From: Octopus sinensis
Taxonomy: Eukaryota
Assembly: GCF_006345805.1 (NCBI RefSeq)
Contig: NC_043003.1
Coordinates: forward strand, 16,492,001 to 16,556,000
DNA: 64,000 nucleotides
Reading direction: 5' to 3'
The notes beneath the pieces were generated by a model. It saw only the letters and a program-made list of their open reading frames with translations, made no database searches and was not told where the DNA came from. The number at the start of each line of letters is the position of its first letter. Within the stretch, counting starts at the first letter, position 1. Shown piece by piece: positions 25,506-38,419 of the stretch. A program made the translations under genes and the position numbers.

Positions 25506-25790
25506 GTGTGTGTGTGTGAGGTGTGTGTGTGTGTGTGTGTGAGTGTGTGTGTGTGTGTGTGGTGCGTGTGTGTGTGTGTGTGTGTGTGTATGTCTGTGTG
25601 TGTGTGTCCTCCAGCATCGCTTTACATCGATGCTGGTGTGTTTACCTCCCCGTAACATAGCTGTTCGGCACAAGAGACCGATAGAATAAGTACTAGGCTT
25701 ACAAAGAATATGTCCTGGGATCGATTTGCTCGATTAAAGGCGGTGCTCCAGCATGGCCGCAGTCAAAATGACTGAAACGAATAAAAGAAT
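24968..25790 (+). mobile_element. SINE family B interrupted in its head by a ~270-bp LINE-like 3' fragment (24985-25251) ending AAATGAAATGAAAT
   Basis: B head GGCGCAGGAGTGGCT resumes as AAGTAGCTTGCTAACC after the insert. Confidence 0.75.
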
Positions 25791-26189
25791 ATCGATGTTT
25801 TATTGGAACCACACAATGACGGGGTCTGCTATCAGTTAGCATCAATCATCGTCAATCACATGTCGTCTGAAAAGAAATTCAGATGACATTTGAGAGAGCC
25901 AGCCATTAGACATGGCTGAAAAAGGAAGATGAAACCTTTTTGGAGAAGTGACGTGTGACAAATCAGACCTGTATGACTCCACAATTTGAATGATGATGAT
26001 AACAAAACGAAAATAGATCTAGGATCTAATTCTAGTCAATCTATTCAGTAGTCCAGGCCTCCCATCAGTTACAGGTACCGATGCACTGCAAAGCGGTGGT
26101 AAGACAGGCCCCGAAACAGTACTTATTCTCTTTTGATAGCTCCGACTTGCGCAAGAAACCTGTTTCCAAGTCTCATTTCATTTTACAGA

Positions 26190-27548
26190 TTTAAAAGAAT
26201 CTACACAGAGAATTTAATTTCTTCATCACCTGTTTTCAAACCGATGACCTTTCTTGTCCAGACACTGCTGATAACGCAAAGCAATGGAATCGCAAACACC
26301 ATTCGTTCGGTATTTGTACGCATTATCGTTCTTCTAATGCTACCTTTTTCTACCGCTAACTTCATGTATCACCATAAAAAATCAACTGGTATGAGGTCCT
26401 TTAAACGCAGAGGGGATTCTACTGAACTTTGTCCATCAAAAAACGGCCTTTACATTACCATGGTAGTGTGGGAATGAACCATCTTACTAAATATAAAACT
26501 AAATATCTTCAATGTCCTTTTAGATGCATGACAAATTGTCGCAGCTAGTTCGAGTAAATGAAATCAGTCGTAGAACTGTAAAAATGGTCCAATTAATTAT
26601 TTAGTAATAAACAGCACAAAACTCTTGGTAAATTAAGATGGTGTTCAGTGTGGTTGCAACGGTTAGTCGGGTCCAGCTTCATCATTACAAGCAATCTTTG
26701 TTGGAAAGTGCACGTTTTCTATATATCTTGGCAAGACGGCACGCCAAACTTCACTTTTCGGTACGAATCATCTTCATTGAGGGCATATACTAGTCTTGGA
26801 ATGTAGCGTTTCTAGTGACAGCACTTCAAAATGCAATTGACGCTTAATTTTGAAATTCCTAACTAACAACTGTGGACGCACAATGGCCCAGTGGTTACGG
26901 CAGCGGCCACGCGGTCGGAGGATCGCAGTTCGATTCCAAACTGAGCATTGTATGTTTATTGAACGAAAACACCTAAAGCTCCACGTGGCTCCAGCAGGGG
27001 GTAGTGGCGACCCCAGTTATACTCTTTTGTCCCAACTTTCTCTCACTCTCCCTTCCTGTTTCTTGAGTAATGCTGCGATGGACTGGCGTCCCGTCCAGCT
27101 GGTGGGAACACATACGCCACAGAAACCGGGAAACTGGGCCCATGAGCCTGGCTAGGCTTGAAAAGGGCGCACAAATAATAAAAAAAAAACTAACAACTTG
27201 CTTGCCACATCTGATTTTCTTGGACTCTGGCAATGCCCCTCCAGTACTTTGCTTACCTTGTGGGTCTCGTTGATGTCCTTGATTTTCTGGAACGATTTTT
27301 AAAAATATTCTGAACAGTTCCATTTACTTGAAACATGTTTCTAACTGAAAACTTAATCTAGCTAGTTAGATTAATTTTTTTTTTATTTGTGACGTCGGTT
27401 TAGTGTAGCGGTTAGTACGGCTATATGGCTTACTGTAGCGAGACGTTCAAATCCCGTAGGTGATTTTACAGGGTTTTCCGTCCTCACATACTCTTAGATG
27501 GCGAATTATCAGCTGTTAAGGTGTGTTTACACTTTTGGGAACACCCTT
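26190..27548 (-). mobile_element. Degraded Tc1/mariner-superfamily transposase (Tc3/DD37D-like) with one TIR
   Basis: Minus fragments NGTVQNIFKNRSRKSRTST, RYIPRLVYALNEDD, HFPTKIACNDEA, DGSFPHYH, RYQQCLDKKGHRFE; TIR-like AAAGGGTGTTCCCAAAAGTG at ~27528-27548. Confidence 0.75.
26872..27187 (+). mobile_element. SINE family C inserted in the Tc1-like relic
   Basis: 11-bp TSD AACTAACAACT (26861-26871 and 27188-27198). Confidence 0.9.
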
Positions 27549-27927
27549 TACACATACACACGCGCGCGAACACATGTGTGCGTGTGTGTGTATGTCTCTG
27601 TGTGTGTCTATCTGAGTGTGTGCATTAAAAGGAAAATTTGTTGCAGGTTGTCAAGATCTTCCCCACTCTTTACTAATCTAAATACTGACTTCATTAGTAT
27701 TTTTGTGCTGTTCCATTATTTAACCTCGAGTTAAACAACTAATTAAAACTGACACGTTTAACGTTGAAAGCAACTGCCGGGTGCATCTGTCTTCGCACTT
27801 TAATCAGTGAATATTGTTTACACAATTAAAAATTTAAATTATAAACGGCAAAAAGAAACACACACCCTTGCGTTTATTAAAACTAATTAAAAAACATATA
27901 CGCAGATAAATCGTCTATTATATACTT

Positions 27928-28340
27928 GTTTCAGTCATTGGACTGTGGCCATGCTGGGGCACTGCCTTGAAGAGTTTTAATCGAAGAAATCGACCCAAGG
28001 GTTATATTTTTTACGTCTGGGACTTATATTATTGTCCTCTTTTGCCAAACCGTTACGGTGACGTAAACAAACTAACACCGGTTGCCAAGTGATGATAAAG
28101 GGGACGCAAACAAAGGGACACACACACACGCGCGCACAGAGGCAGACAGACACACACAGACACACATACACACACACACAAATATATGTATACGACAGGC
28201 TTCCACGCTGTTTCCATCTGCCAAAACCTTCACAAAGCATTGCTTGGTAGAAGACACTTGCCTATGGTGCCACGTAGTGGAACTGACCTCCAAAATATGT
28301 GGTTGCTTGCGAGCTTCTTAACCGTACAACCCTGCGTCCG
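27928..28340 (-). mobile_element. SINE family B
   Basis: Similarity to the other B copies. Confidence 0.8.
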
Positions 28341-28418
28341 CTTACATGACAAACATTAATAAAAACGATTTTGTGGGTATTAAAACCAACATAAAGATAC
28401 ATGTATGTTTGTGTAGTT

Positions 28419-28564
28419 CAATGGTTCCCAACCGTTTTATTTCAATGAGTTTTCCCACGGATCCCTTTTGATATGCTTATAAATTTTTCAACTTAGTTCA
28501 CAGACCCCAAGTATTACCTTTGCAGACCACCAGGAGTCTGTGGACCCCTAGTTGAGAACCACTG
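28419..28564. mobile_element. hAT (Charlie/Buster-like) MITE with 8-bp TSD GTGTAGTT
   Basis: Ends CAATGGTTCCCAAC and GTTGAGAACCACTG; identical GTGTAGTT at 28411-28418 and 28565-28572. Confidence 0.9.
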
Positions 28565-28572
28565 GTGTAGTT

Positions 28573-29625
28573 CATGGATTTTCAACCACGCTTTAAGTAT
28601 GGTCCCTTTTGATTACTATTTCATTCAGGTGAACCTCCCCTCCTCTTTAGCCATTCGATGTTTAGAAACTAGTTTTATAGAAAGGTTTTTCAAAATTCCT
28701 ATTTTGTTTTCCACACATTATCCTGTGGAGGTTGAACTACGTAAAATGTTAGACAAAGAAACTTGGCTGTTTCTTGCAATACAAGTCAATACATACATCT
28801 AAAGCAGGGCTTCTGAATCATTTTCTTTCTATAGAACCCTATGAATACTATTTTATCCTGGTGAATACCCCCATAGCCATTGAATGTTTAAATAGTAGTT
28901 TTATAGAAACCTCTTTCAAAATTCCTATTTTGTTTTTCACACCATTCACTTTTGTTGGTTGAACTACGTAAAATGTTAGACAAAGAAACCTGGCTGTTTC
29001 TTGCAATACGTACAAAGACATTGTGCTAAAGCAAAATTTCTTCAGGTTCTCAACCGTTTTTTTTACCTATCGACCCTTTTGATTACTATCTTATTCTAGT
29101 GAACCCCCATAGCCATTCGATGTTTAAAATCTAATTTTATAGAAACTTCTTTCAAAATTCCTATTTTGTTTTTCATACATTAACTTGTGGAGGTTGAACT
29201 ATGTAAAATGTTAGACAAAGAAACCTGGCTGTTTCTTGCAATATGTACCAAGACATGGCTCTAAAGCAAGATTTCTTCAGGTTCTCAACCGTTTTCTATC
29301 TATGGACCTCTTTGATTACTATCTTATTCTAGTGGACCCCCATAGCCATTCGATGTTTAAAATCTAATTTTATAGAAACTTCTTTCAAAATTCCTAATTT
29401 GTTTTACACACCATTAACTTGTGTAGGTTGAACAATTTAAAATGTTAGGGAAAGAAACCAAGCTGTCCCTTGCAATAAATACCAATATATACATCTAAAA
29501 CAAAATTTTTTCAGGGGTCCTTAAAATACTATTGTGGATCCCCAATTTACTAATTTGTTGCGCGGACCCCACAAAATCTTATATTGAACCTCAGGGGCCA
29601 TATAGACCTCGGTCGAGAACCACTG
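28573..29625. mobile_element. Second hAT MITE with four tandem ~235-bp internal units
   Basis: Units start at 28573, 28805, 29043 and 29278, each with a TIR-like CAG(T)GGTTCTCAACC; ends GAGAACCACTG followed by GTGTTGTT. Confidence 0.85.
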
Positions 29626-30251
29626 GTGTTGTTTTTGATACAGCTAAGGATGTACTGCTGGACACATCACGAGTGTTGCGTCTTGGAGTTATCATACGTA
29701 CGCATCGAATAAACTCAATTACTTTCATCCGCTTGGAGTCGATAAAATAAAATACCAGTTAAGTACTGGGTTAAACGGTGTTCGCTAATCTTTTCCTTAC
29801 AAAATTCTATGCTTTGTGTCTGAATCAGAAACCGTTATTCTGTAATGCAAATTCGTTAATTCCCACTGAGAAATAAACACTTTTCACAAAAGTAAAGAAC
29901 TCGAAGTTAAGAAGAGTAGTTTTATCTTTTCTGTTTTGATTTGAAGTTGTATAAATAACATTATTAATGCCCCGAAGCAAACAGAGGAAACCTGATTTAC
30001 CTTTCATCCTTCAGGGGTCATGAACTGGCGGGCTGCGATTGTATAGATATTGTACCAGTTCTTTGTTCTTTTGGATTATTAGAATAAAAGAGGTAGTGAG
30101 CTATAAAATTGTTGCTTGACCTTCACCAACACCAAAATAAGTAAAGCGATTGGCCTTCGTTGGCCATACATGTGCGTACGCGCATGTATGTACACACATC
30201 AAGGCAAACGATGTCCATTTACAAAGATACTTATAAAATAATATAAATAAA

Positions 30252-30555
30252 TGGAGGCGCAATGGCCCAGTGGTTACGGCAGCGGACTCGCAGTAGGAGG
30301 ATCGCGGTTTCGCATTCCCAGACCGGGCGTTGTGTGTGTTTATTGAGCGAAAACATCTAAAAGCTCCACGAGGCTCCGGCAGGGCGTGGTGGTGACCCCT
30401 GTTGTACTCTTTCGCCCAACTTTCTCTCACTCTCTCTTCCTGTTTCTCGAGTAACGCTGCGATGGACTGGCGTCCCGTCCAGATGGGGGGAACACATACG
30501 CCACAGAAACCGGGAAACCGGGCCCATGAGCCTGGCTAGGCTTGAAAAGGGCAAC
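30252..30555 (+). mobile_element. SINE family C
   Basis: Full copy matching 6913-7221. Confidence 0.9.
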
Positions 30556-30843
30556 GTTTAATATATATATAAATATAGAGTCAACCACTCAGAGCTTTCA
30601 GAGAATCTACACCGTACACACATATGACTGTGTGCATGCGCGAGCACACACATACATACACACAAATATATACACGCAGACACATGTGTTCTCTCTCGCA
30701 TACTCAGAGAATCCACATCAGGCGACACAGGTGATGTGGGGGAACACACACATTCACACACACACAGAAACATGCAAACGCACTCCAACGTGCGCGCCCG
30801 CACACACACACACACACACACACAGATGTACATGTATACACAA

Positions 30844-30874
<31 letters not shown>

Positions 30875-31789
30875 GAAACATTCCCACATCCCCTTAAATA
30901 CAAATATAGAATTTGTTAGCTCGGGGACCGGCAGACAGACCTATAATAGAGAGGTTATGTTATTGATAAAGTCACGAATGGCGACAAAAGAACACTGACG
31001 AATCTTGATTGTCTGACCGAGAGATTTATCAAACAGCCGATTAGTTAAACGATTTAATGGTAAACGAGGTGACTAATCATATTAAAAGAAGCGAAATAGA
31101 ACCAGTGCGTGTATTTACGCTTGGCATTATGACCCACCCAAGATTCAACACATCATAATTCAATTTTTAAGGTTAAATGTTTAACTTGAGCTTAGATTCA
31201 ACTGATTCACTGGATTTCTCAATTTCGTTTTGTGCTATTACATTCTGTTTCCATTACTTTTAGAGTCAATTTTCTCTATCTTCAGAACGAATATGTGACA
31301 ACAGATCGATTCAATCAACTGAAGTCATCTTTCGAATTGTTAGCTTTTTGGCGTCCCTTGTTAACCCAGACGACGGATGGGGCAATACGGTTATTGTTTT
31401 CGAAACTTTTTCATATTGCAGCTTATGGTGGTCATATTTGCACCAGGCATTCAGCTATCATTTGTATTGGACCCGTGATAGTTGCAAAAAAAAAAAGGAT
31501 CAAAAAAGGTCGCACAAATAAACAAATAAATGAAATGATCGCAAGAGTCTCCAAGACGAACCAACCTAGGCCTTCCTCCAGTAAACCGAGTGTGGACTAA
31601 GAATGAAATGTTTGGAATGAGATGTTTATGTCCCTTTAACTAAGCGTTTCTTTAAAGAAGACTACGACAGAGAAAGTACCGCACCTTAATTCTTAGACAA
31701 GTACCGAGGTTGATTTGATCGACTAAAATCCTTCAAGACGGTCTAAGTTGGTCACACTTAAGAATTTAACAGAAAAGTCTTTTCTCCTC

Positions 31790-32128
31790 TTGGCACAAGG
31801 CTCAAAATTTTTGGGGAAGGAGCTAGTCCATTAGATCGACCCCAGTACGCAAATGGTACTTAATTTGTCGACCCTGAAAGGATGAAAAGCAAAGTCGACC
31901 TCGGCGGAATTTGAACTCAGAACGTAAAGACAGACGAAATACCTATTTCTTTACTACCCAAAGGGGCTAAACATAGAGAGGACAAACAAGGACAGACAAA
32001 CGGATTAAGTCGCTTATATCGACTCCAGTGCGTAACTGGTACTTATTTAATCGACTCCGAAAGGATGAAAGGCAAAGTTGACCTCAGCGGAATTTGAACT
32101 CAGAACGTAGCGGCAGACGAAATACCGC
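31790..32128 (-). mobile_element. SINE family A dimer
   Basis: Junction GACGAAATACCTATTTCTTTAC at ~31942. Confidence 0.85.
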
Positions 32129-32319
32129 AGAAAAAGAAAGAGAGAGTGGGGGGCAAACAGACAGACATAGAAAGAAAGAGACAGGCAGACAGACAGACAG
32201 AAAGAAAAAGAGAGAGAGAGAAGGAGAGAGAGAGACAAGCAAACAGACAGAGAAAGAGAGAGACAGAGAGAGACAGAGAGATACTGACTGAGAGACAAGA
32301 AGGCAGTCAAACAGACAGG

Positions 32320-32487
32320 TATCTAAGTTCAAATTCCGCCGAGGTCGACTTTGCCTTTCATCTTTTCGGGGTCAATAAATTAAGTACCAGTTACGCACTG
32401 AGGTCGATGTAATCGACTAAATACCTATGTCTGTCCTTGTTTGTCCCCTCTATGTTTAGCCTCTTGTGGGTAATAAAGAAATAGGTA
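32320..32487 (+). mobile_element. SINE family A, 5'-truncated
   Basis: Similarity to A; inverted relative to 31790-32128. Confidence 0.85.
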
Positions 32488-32539
32488 TCTAAGTAAATAG
32501 ATAAATGCACCAATATTTCAAATACAATCTTAAGAATTA

Positions 32540-32780
32540 AATGCATTGAATTCGGAGTCCGTCTTTGCCGTTATTATTATTATGGTGGTAGTGGTAGTGG
32601 TGACAGTAACGGTCGTGGTAGTGGCGGTAACAATAGTGGTGGTGGTGGTGGTGGTGTTGTTGTTGGTGTTGGTTGTCGAGGTCGTCACTGCTGTTCGTGT
32701 TTACTGTTGCAGTTATTGTTGTGGTTGTTGTTGCCGCCATTTAAGAGAATTAATAAATAAATAAATAAATAAATAAATGT
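32540..32780. repeat. Mosaic (GGT/GTA/GTT)n trinucleotide tract and (AAAT)n
   Basis: Direct inspection. Confidence 0.9.
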
Positions 32781-32914
32781 CGTTTTCACAGCGATAATGT
32801 TCTTCTCAGTACATGAGTCGTTCCAGTTAACACGATTCTTTGCACTTTAGGGATGGTAAGCCTGGTATAATTTTCAAATAGGCTTCCAGTTCTTGTGCTT
32901 TTCGCAGAAAGGCT

Positions 32915-33103
32915 TCTTTTACTTGTATCAGTAATTTGACTGCGGCCATGCTGGAGCACCGCTTTTAGTCGAACAAGACGACCAAGGATTTAGTCTTTGC
33001 AAGCCTTGTACTTAATCTATCGGTCGCATAGGCAGAACTGGAAAGTTACGGGGAGATGAATACACCAACATCGGTTGCCAAACGATGGTGGGAGAGAATA
33101 GGA

Positions 33104-33157
<54 letters not shown>

Positions 33158-33600
33158 ACACACACACACACATATATATATATAACTACGACAAGCCTCT
33201 TTCAGTTTCCGTCTACCAATTCCACTCACAAGGCTTTGGTCGGCCCGAGGCTATAGTAGAAAACACTTACCCAAGGTGTCACACAGTGGGACTGAACCCG
33301 GAACCATGTGGTTGGGAAGCAAGCTTCTTATTTCTTTATTGCCCACAAGGGGTTAAACATAGAGGGGACAAACAAGGACAGACAAACGGATTAAGTCGAT
33401 TATATCGACCCCAGTGCGTAACTGGTACTTAAGTTATCGACCCCTTGAGGATGAAAAGCAAAGTAGACCTCGGCAGAATTTGAAGTCAGAACGTAACGGC
33501 AGACGAAATACGGCTAAGCATTTCGCCCTGCGTGCAAACGTTTCTGCCAGCTCGCCGCCAAAGAAGCAAGCTTCTTACCACACAGCCACTCCTGCGCCTT
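32915..33600 (-). mobile_element. SINE family B containing a nested family A copy (33331-33562, minus)
   Basis: Perfect 15-bp TSD GAAGCAAGCTTCTTA at 33316-33330 and 33563-33577. Confidence 0.9.
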
Positions 33601-35049
33601 ATTTTTGTTTTTTCTTTCTTTTCAAGGTAGTATAGCGTAGATTTAGGAAGCTTTAACAGGTGTTTCTAGCATCCTGGGTGCTATTTACAGGCTACTTCGT
33701 TGTCCCCGTGTGAGGAAAACAAAGCAATCGCCTATATCTGGTGTCCGTGAATTAATAGGTCTAAATATTTGGGTCCTGTAATACATTAGTTTCAAGTTTC
33801 GGTACAGGGTCAGCAAATTCGATTACATCAACTGGTACTTATTTTATCCCGAAAGGATGAAAGAAAAAGTTCACCTCGGCGGGATTTGAACTCAGGATTT
33901 GCTGCTAGACATTTTTTCAGCGTGCTAACGACTCTGCCAGCTCCCCGCCTTAGGGAATATAATATATTAACATATAGCGATCTATTTATCATACTTAAAG
34001 CAGATATATCATTACGAGCTTAATAAAGTGCAACATTTGTCTTGAGAAGCAGAAATGTGCATTTACCAATACCACCATCACTGCTGAATCAATTTCGACT
34101 GCTACTTATATATATTTTGTAATTTCCAACTTAGTACGTCTATGAAAGAGATTATCTCAGGAAGAATACCACTGTTAATTAGGCTTTCAATGATGTATCT
34201 ACTGTAAGTATGATACACGGATTGCCATTTCAAACTTATGATGCTACTGTCGCACATAACGAATATTTACATGGATTAAGAGTAAGCGAAATTTTTGTTG
34301 TTAGTGTTTATATGGCCGATCGAATAGCTAGATATCAAACACATTCAAGTAACACTTAATCAATATTCATAATTTATCTTCTTAAAACTTGTTTCGTGAC
34401 TACAGAAGGTGAAATAATGCTATAAATTCACCCCATTTTTATTTTGCAAAACGAATGTTTAATTTGTTTAATAGCGTTATTTTAATTCAAGGGAAAATTA
34501 CATTTCAAGTTTGTGTTAATCTTAATTTACACAATTAATGTATCTGCTGCTTGTTTGTTTTCACAACTTCCGCTGTGTACTGATACTTGCCATAATTCGT
34601 GTTTGTTTGAGACTCCACATATAAATAATCATTTTGATATTACGAGAAATAATTACAGGCGTTATGCAAAAGTTAATATGTTACAGAGCTTATAATATTT
34701 CCACGTACATATGGAAGTAAATACGAAAATAGTAAAATCTAGTAAATATAAATGTAGTATGGCGCGAAATAGCAAAATACGATTGATGAAAAGTTAGTCT
34801 GAGTGGAGAATTAGCTTATGCTTAGCCTAACCCATAAACTTACAATGATGATGCTAAAGATGCAAGCATAGACGTGTGGTTAAGAAGCTCGCTTTGCAAC
34901 CACTTCGTTTCGGGTTCAGTTCCACTACACGGCTTCTTAAGAAAGTTCTTCCACTAATGTCCTGGGTTGACTAATACCTTGTGAGTGAATTTGGTTGATG
35001 AAAACTGAGTAAAAACCCATTATACACACACACACATATATATATTCTC

Positions 35050-35455
35050 TTTTGCTTGTTTCAGTCATTTGACTGTGGCCATGCTGGAGCACCGCCTTTA
35101 GTCGAGCAAATTGACCTAGGACTTATTCTTTGTAAGCCTAGTACTTATTCTATCGGTCACTTTTGCCGAACCTCTAAGTTACGGGGACGTAAACACACCA
35201 GCATCGGTTGTCAAGAGATATGGGGGATACAAACACAGACACATAAACATATATACACACACATACATACATACATATATATATACATATATACGACGGA
35301 CTTCTTTCAGTTTCCGTCTGCCAAATCCACTCACAAGGTTTTGGTCGGCCCAAGGCTATAGCAGAAGACACTTGCCCAAGGTACCACGAAGTGGGACTGA
35401 ACCCAGAACAATGTGGTTCGTAAGCAAGCTACTTACCGCACAGCCACTCCTACAT
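35050..35455 (-). mobile_element. SINE family B (a B head on plus lies at ~34865-35030)
   Basis: Similarity to B. Confidence 0.85.
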
Positions 35456-35459
35456 ATAG

Positions 35460-35490
<31 letters not shown>

Positions 35491-35965
35491 TGTATGTATG
35501 TATGCATGTATGCATGCATGCATGTATGTATGTATGTATGTATGTATGTTTCGAATTTGTGTGAATGTGTATAGAATAATATATCAGTTGAATAAAGTTA
35601 AAACATGGTCTGGTTTTCATGTTTTTTATCATGGTATTTTAACATTAAAAGAAAATATTTGGTAATGCTCATAAAGTTAAATTAGCGCTTTCAAATACAG
35701 AGTAATCATCGGATTTCAAATGTGTTTAACTAACAGTTAAGTTCTTGACAATTTTAGTACCTCTTCGAACGCTTCAACGAGTTGAATTTTTTTAATACGG
35801 TTTGACAAATCCGCATGCAGTTTAAACATCACGGTTTGCCAGGCGTCCTGATATTCTGTAATTTCTTTATATTCATGTTGGAGATATTTTTTAATCCACA
35901 CCATTAACTGGTTGTTATATTATTGTTGTTATTTCCGTTCAGAAGAGGCTGATGATGTCCTTAGC

Positions 35966-36168
35966 CATTTGAGCGGCAGATTTTTAAAATAATTTTTTTG
36001 AAATTGCCGAAATGCTAGAAATTTAACAACAAATAGCTTACAAACTACAGAATTTTCTTAAGAACGCCGGGAGAAAAAGATGTTTTATGTGACACATTCT
36101 ACCAGTATACGAAGTTTAAAAGTGTTTAGTTTAAAAAAAAAATTTTTTTAAATCTGCCGGTCAAAGTG
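35966..36168. mobile_element. Short MITE with ~22-bp TIRs
   Basis: CATTTGAGCGGCAGATTT..AAAA at left versus TTTAAATCTGCCGGTCAAAGTG at right. Confidence 0.65.
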
Positions 36169-36242
36169 AAAAGATCCGGAGCGGACAACGAAAGATGAGG
36201 TAGCGAACCACGAAAGATGGTTGAAATTCCCTATATATATAT

Positions 36243-36301
<59 letters not shown>

Positions 36302-37199
36302 TTTATGCTCTGCACCCAACTGACGCTTTGTTCTGAAGCATATATACAATATATTGAGTACTAATAACATCTAGCTATTAATATCTTTGTGCCAAAATGA
36401 AGCGTTAAAATATGTTTGCAGAGATGTAAACGTATATATTGTGCTCTTGTTTTTTTTTTCCGAATCTACAGATCCCCAACTAACTCCCTAAAACCCACCT
36501 CGTTACGTCCATCAATAACCCTCTCCTTCCACTTCCTTATTTTCTGTCTTCATCTAAACTGCCTGCCTCCCTCCTTCCTTCCTTTTGTCTCACCTCTTAA
36601 TTTTGCTTTCTTTGTCTCTCTCCACTGCTGCACGCCCACACATTTTCAGTGACCAATATATCCTCTTGTAGACTAAGAACAAACAAAAAGTTCGTGTCTC
36701 TTCAAAGGAAGTCATTTTTTCTTTCTTTTTTTTTTTTTTTCGAAACACTGGAAATTCTTCTTCCAACAGAATACGATCTTAAAAGAAAGCACCGAACACT
36801 TCATCAATAAAAATTATGTTGCCGAGACGAATCATCACTAGACACTAGTTTTCTTCGATACAGAAATGTGTTTTTATCGTTATAAGTCTGTGAGGTTCTA
36901 CTTATGCATACATACATACATGCATACATACATACATACATACATACACACATACATACACACATACATGCATATGTGTATGTATAAATATGTGCATATG
37001 TATATAAAAATGCGTGTATATATATGTGTATATATATCTGTGTGTGTATGTGTGTGTGTATATATATATATGTGCGTTTATATATTATATAATTATTATA
37101 TATATGCATATATATATATATATGCATATATATAAAATGTATATATATATATATATATGCGTGTGTGTATGTGTGTGCGTGTGTATGTGCGTGCGTGTG

Positions 37200-37233
<34 letters not shown>

Positions 37234-38225
37234 TGCTGCAACATCTGTATAATGTCAAATGATGACATTTGAATTTCACTTTGAGACCGTTCTGTTTGAC
37301 ACCAAAGACAAAATATATTTCCAAGACGGAACACGGATCGCAATTTATATTTTGTCACAAACAATATTCCGCAAGAAGATGTATTCCCTACTTCAGCATT
37401 TTATTAGATTATGTCAAGCATGAATAAGAAATATGACAGAGAGAATTTTGAAGCACAACTTCCAACTGTTGGATAACTAATATAAGCCATACTTGAACTT
37501 CATACTTTTAACTTGAAACTCATTTTTGCTTTTCATCTTACTCTTTCGGTGTTCAAAGTAATCTTGATAGCTCTTGATTAAATGTATAAATAGGAGCAAG
37601 CATGGTTGTGTTATTAAGCGGTTCGCTTTGAAACCAGGTGATATTGGGTTCAATCCCAATGCAAAGCTTCTTCGGTAAGAGTCGTTTATTTGTAGCACCA
37701 GGTCGACCAACGACGCCTTTGAAAGTGAATTTGTAGGAGGAAGGAAACTATGCGGTAGGCGCAGGCACGGCTGTGTGGTAAGAAGTTTGCTTCCCAGGAG
37801 CCGTGTAGGTCTGTGCTGAGTCTTTCTGCGTGACGCATCGAACAAGTACCTTCTACTATAGCCCCGGGTCGTATAAAGCCCGGTATGTGAATTTGGTAGG
37901 CGAAAATTGTGTAGAAGCCCTTTGTATATATATGTGTGTGTGTGTATGTATGTATGTATGTATGTATGTATGTGTATGTATGTATGTATGTATGTATGTA
38001 TGTATGCGTATGTATGTATGCGCTTCGAGTTTGTATTTGTCGCACCACCGATATATATATATATACTCACAAGTTATTGGAATCTTATATGTATACTATT
38101 CTGCCGAAATAATGGATCTACAAATCCAATATCCCTGCATGTCTCACATCTACTTTCATTCCTCCACTTCACTCTCTATTTCATATCTTATCTAAAATAA
38201 CTATTGCTTAACCACCCTCTCACAC

Positions 38226-38275
38226 CATACCTGATGAAGAGATATATAAAATATCCTGGAAACAGCTGTAAGACC
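38226..38275 (+). ncRNA. Partial hammerhead-like motif (core, stem II, palindromic stem III; stem I unpaired)
   Basis: CTGATGA-AGA-GATAT(ataaa)ATATC-CTG-GAAAC-AGCT-GTA. Confidence 0.4.
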
Positions 38276-38419
38276 TATTTAAAATGTTCTGAAATCTTCA
38301 CACTCTTTTTTTTTTATCTCATTTTGAAAACAATTACACACACACACACACACACACATACACACACATATATATAATCTCTCTCTCTCTCTCTGTATAT
38401 GTATATATATATATATACA

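Noticed and set aside
27404-27475. tRNA-like sequence (also all SINE heads)
   Set aside because: A- and B-box-like motifs are present, but I could not fold a cloverleaf with an acceptor stem; treated as SINE-derived.
28573-29625. Regularly spaced repeats as a possible CRISPR array
   Set aside because: Units are ~235-bp whole-unit tandem repeats without unique spacers, bounded by hAT TIRs and TSDs, in a eukaryotic context.
31232-31600. 122-aa ORF in unique sequence
   Set aside because: Non-ATG start, no recognisable domain, and includes a poly-A-derived lysine run.
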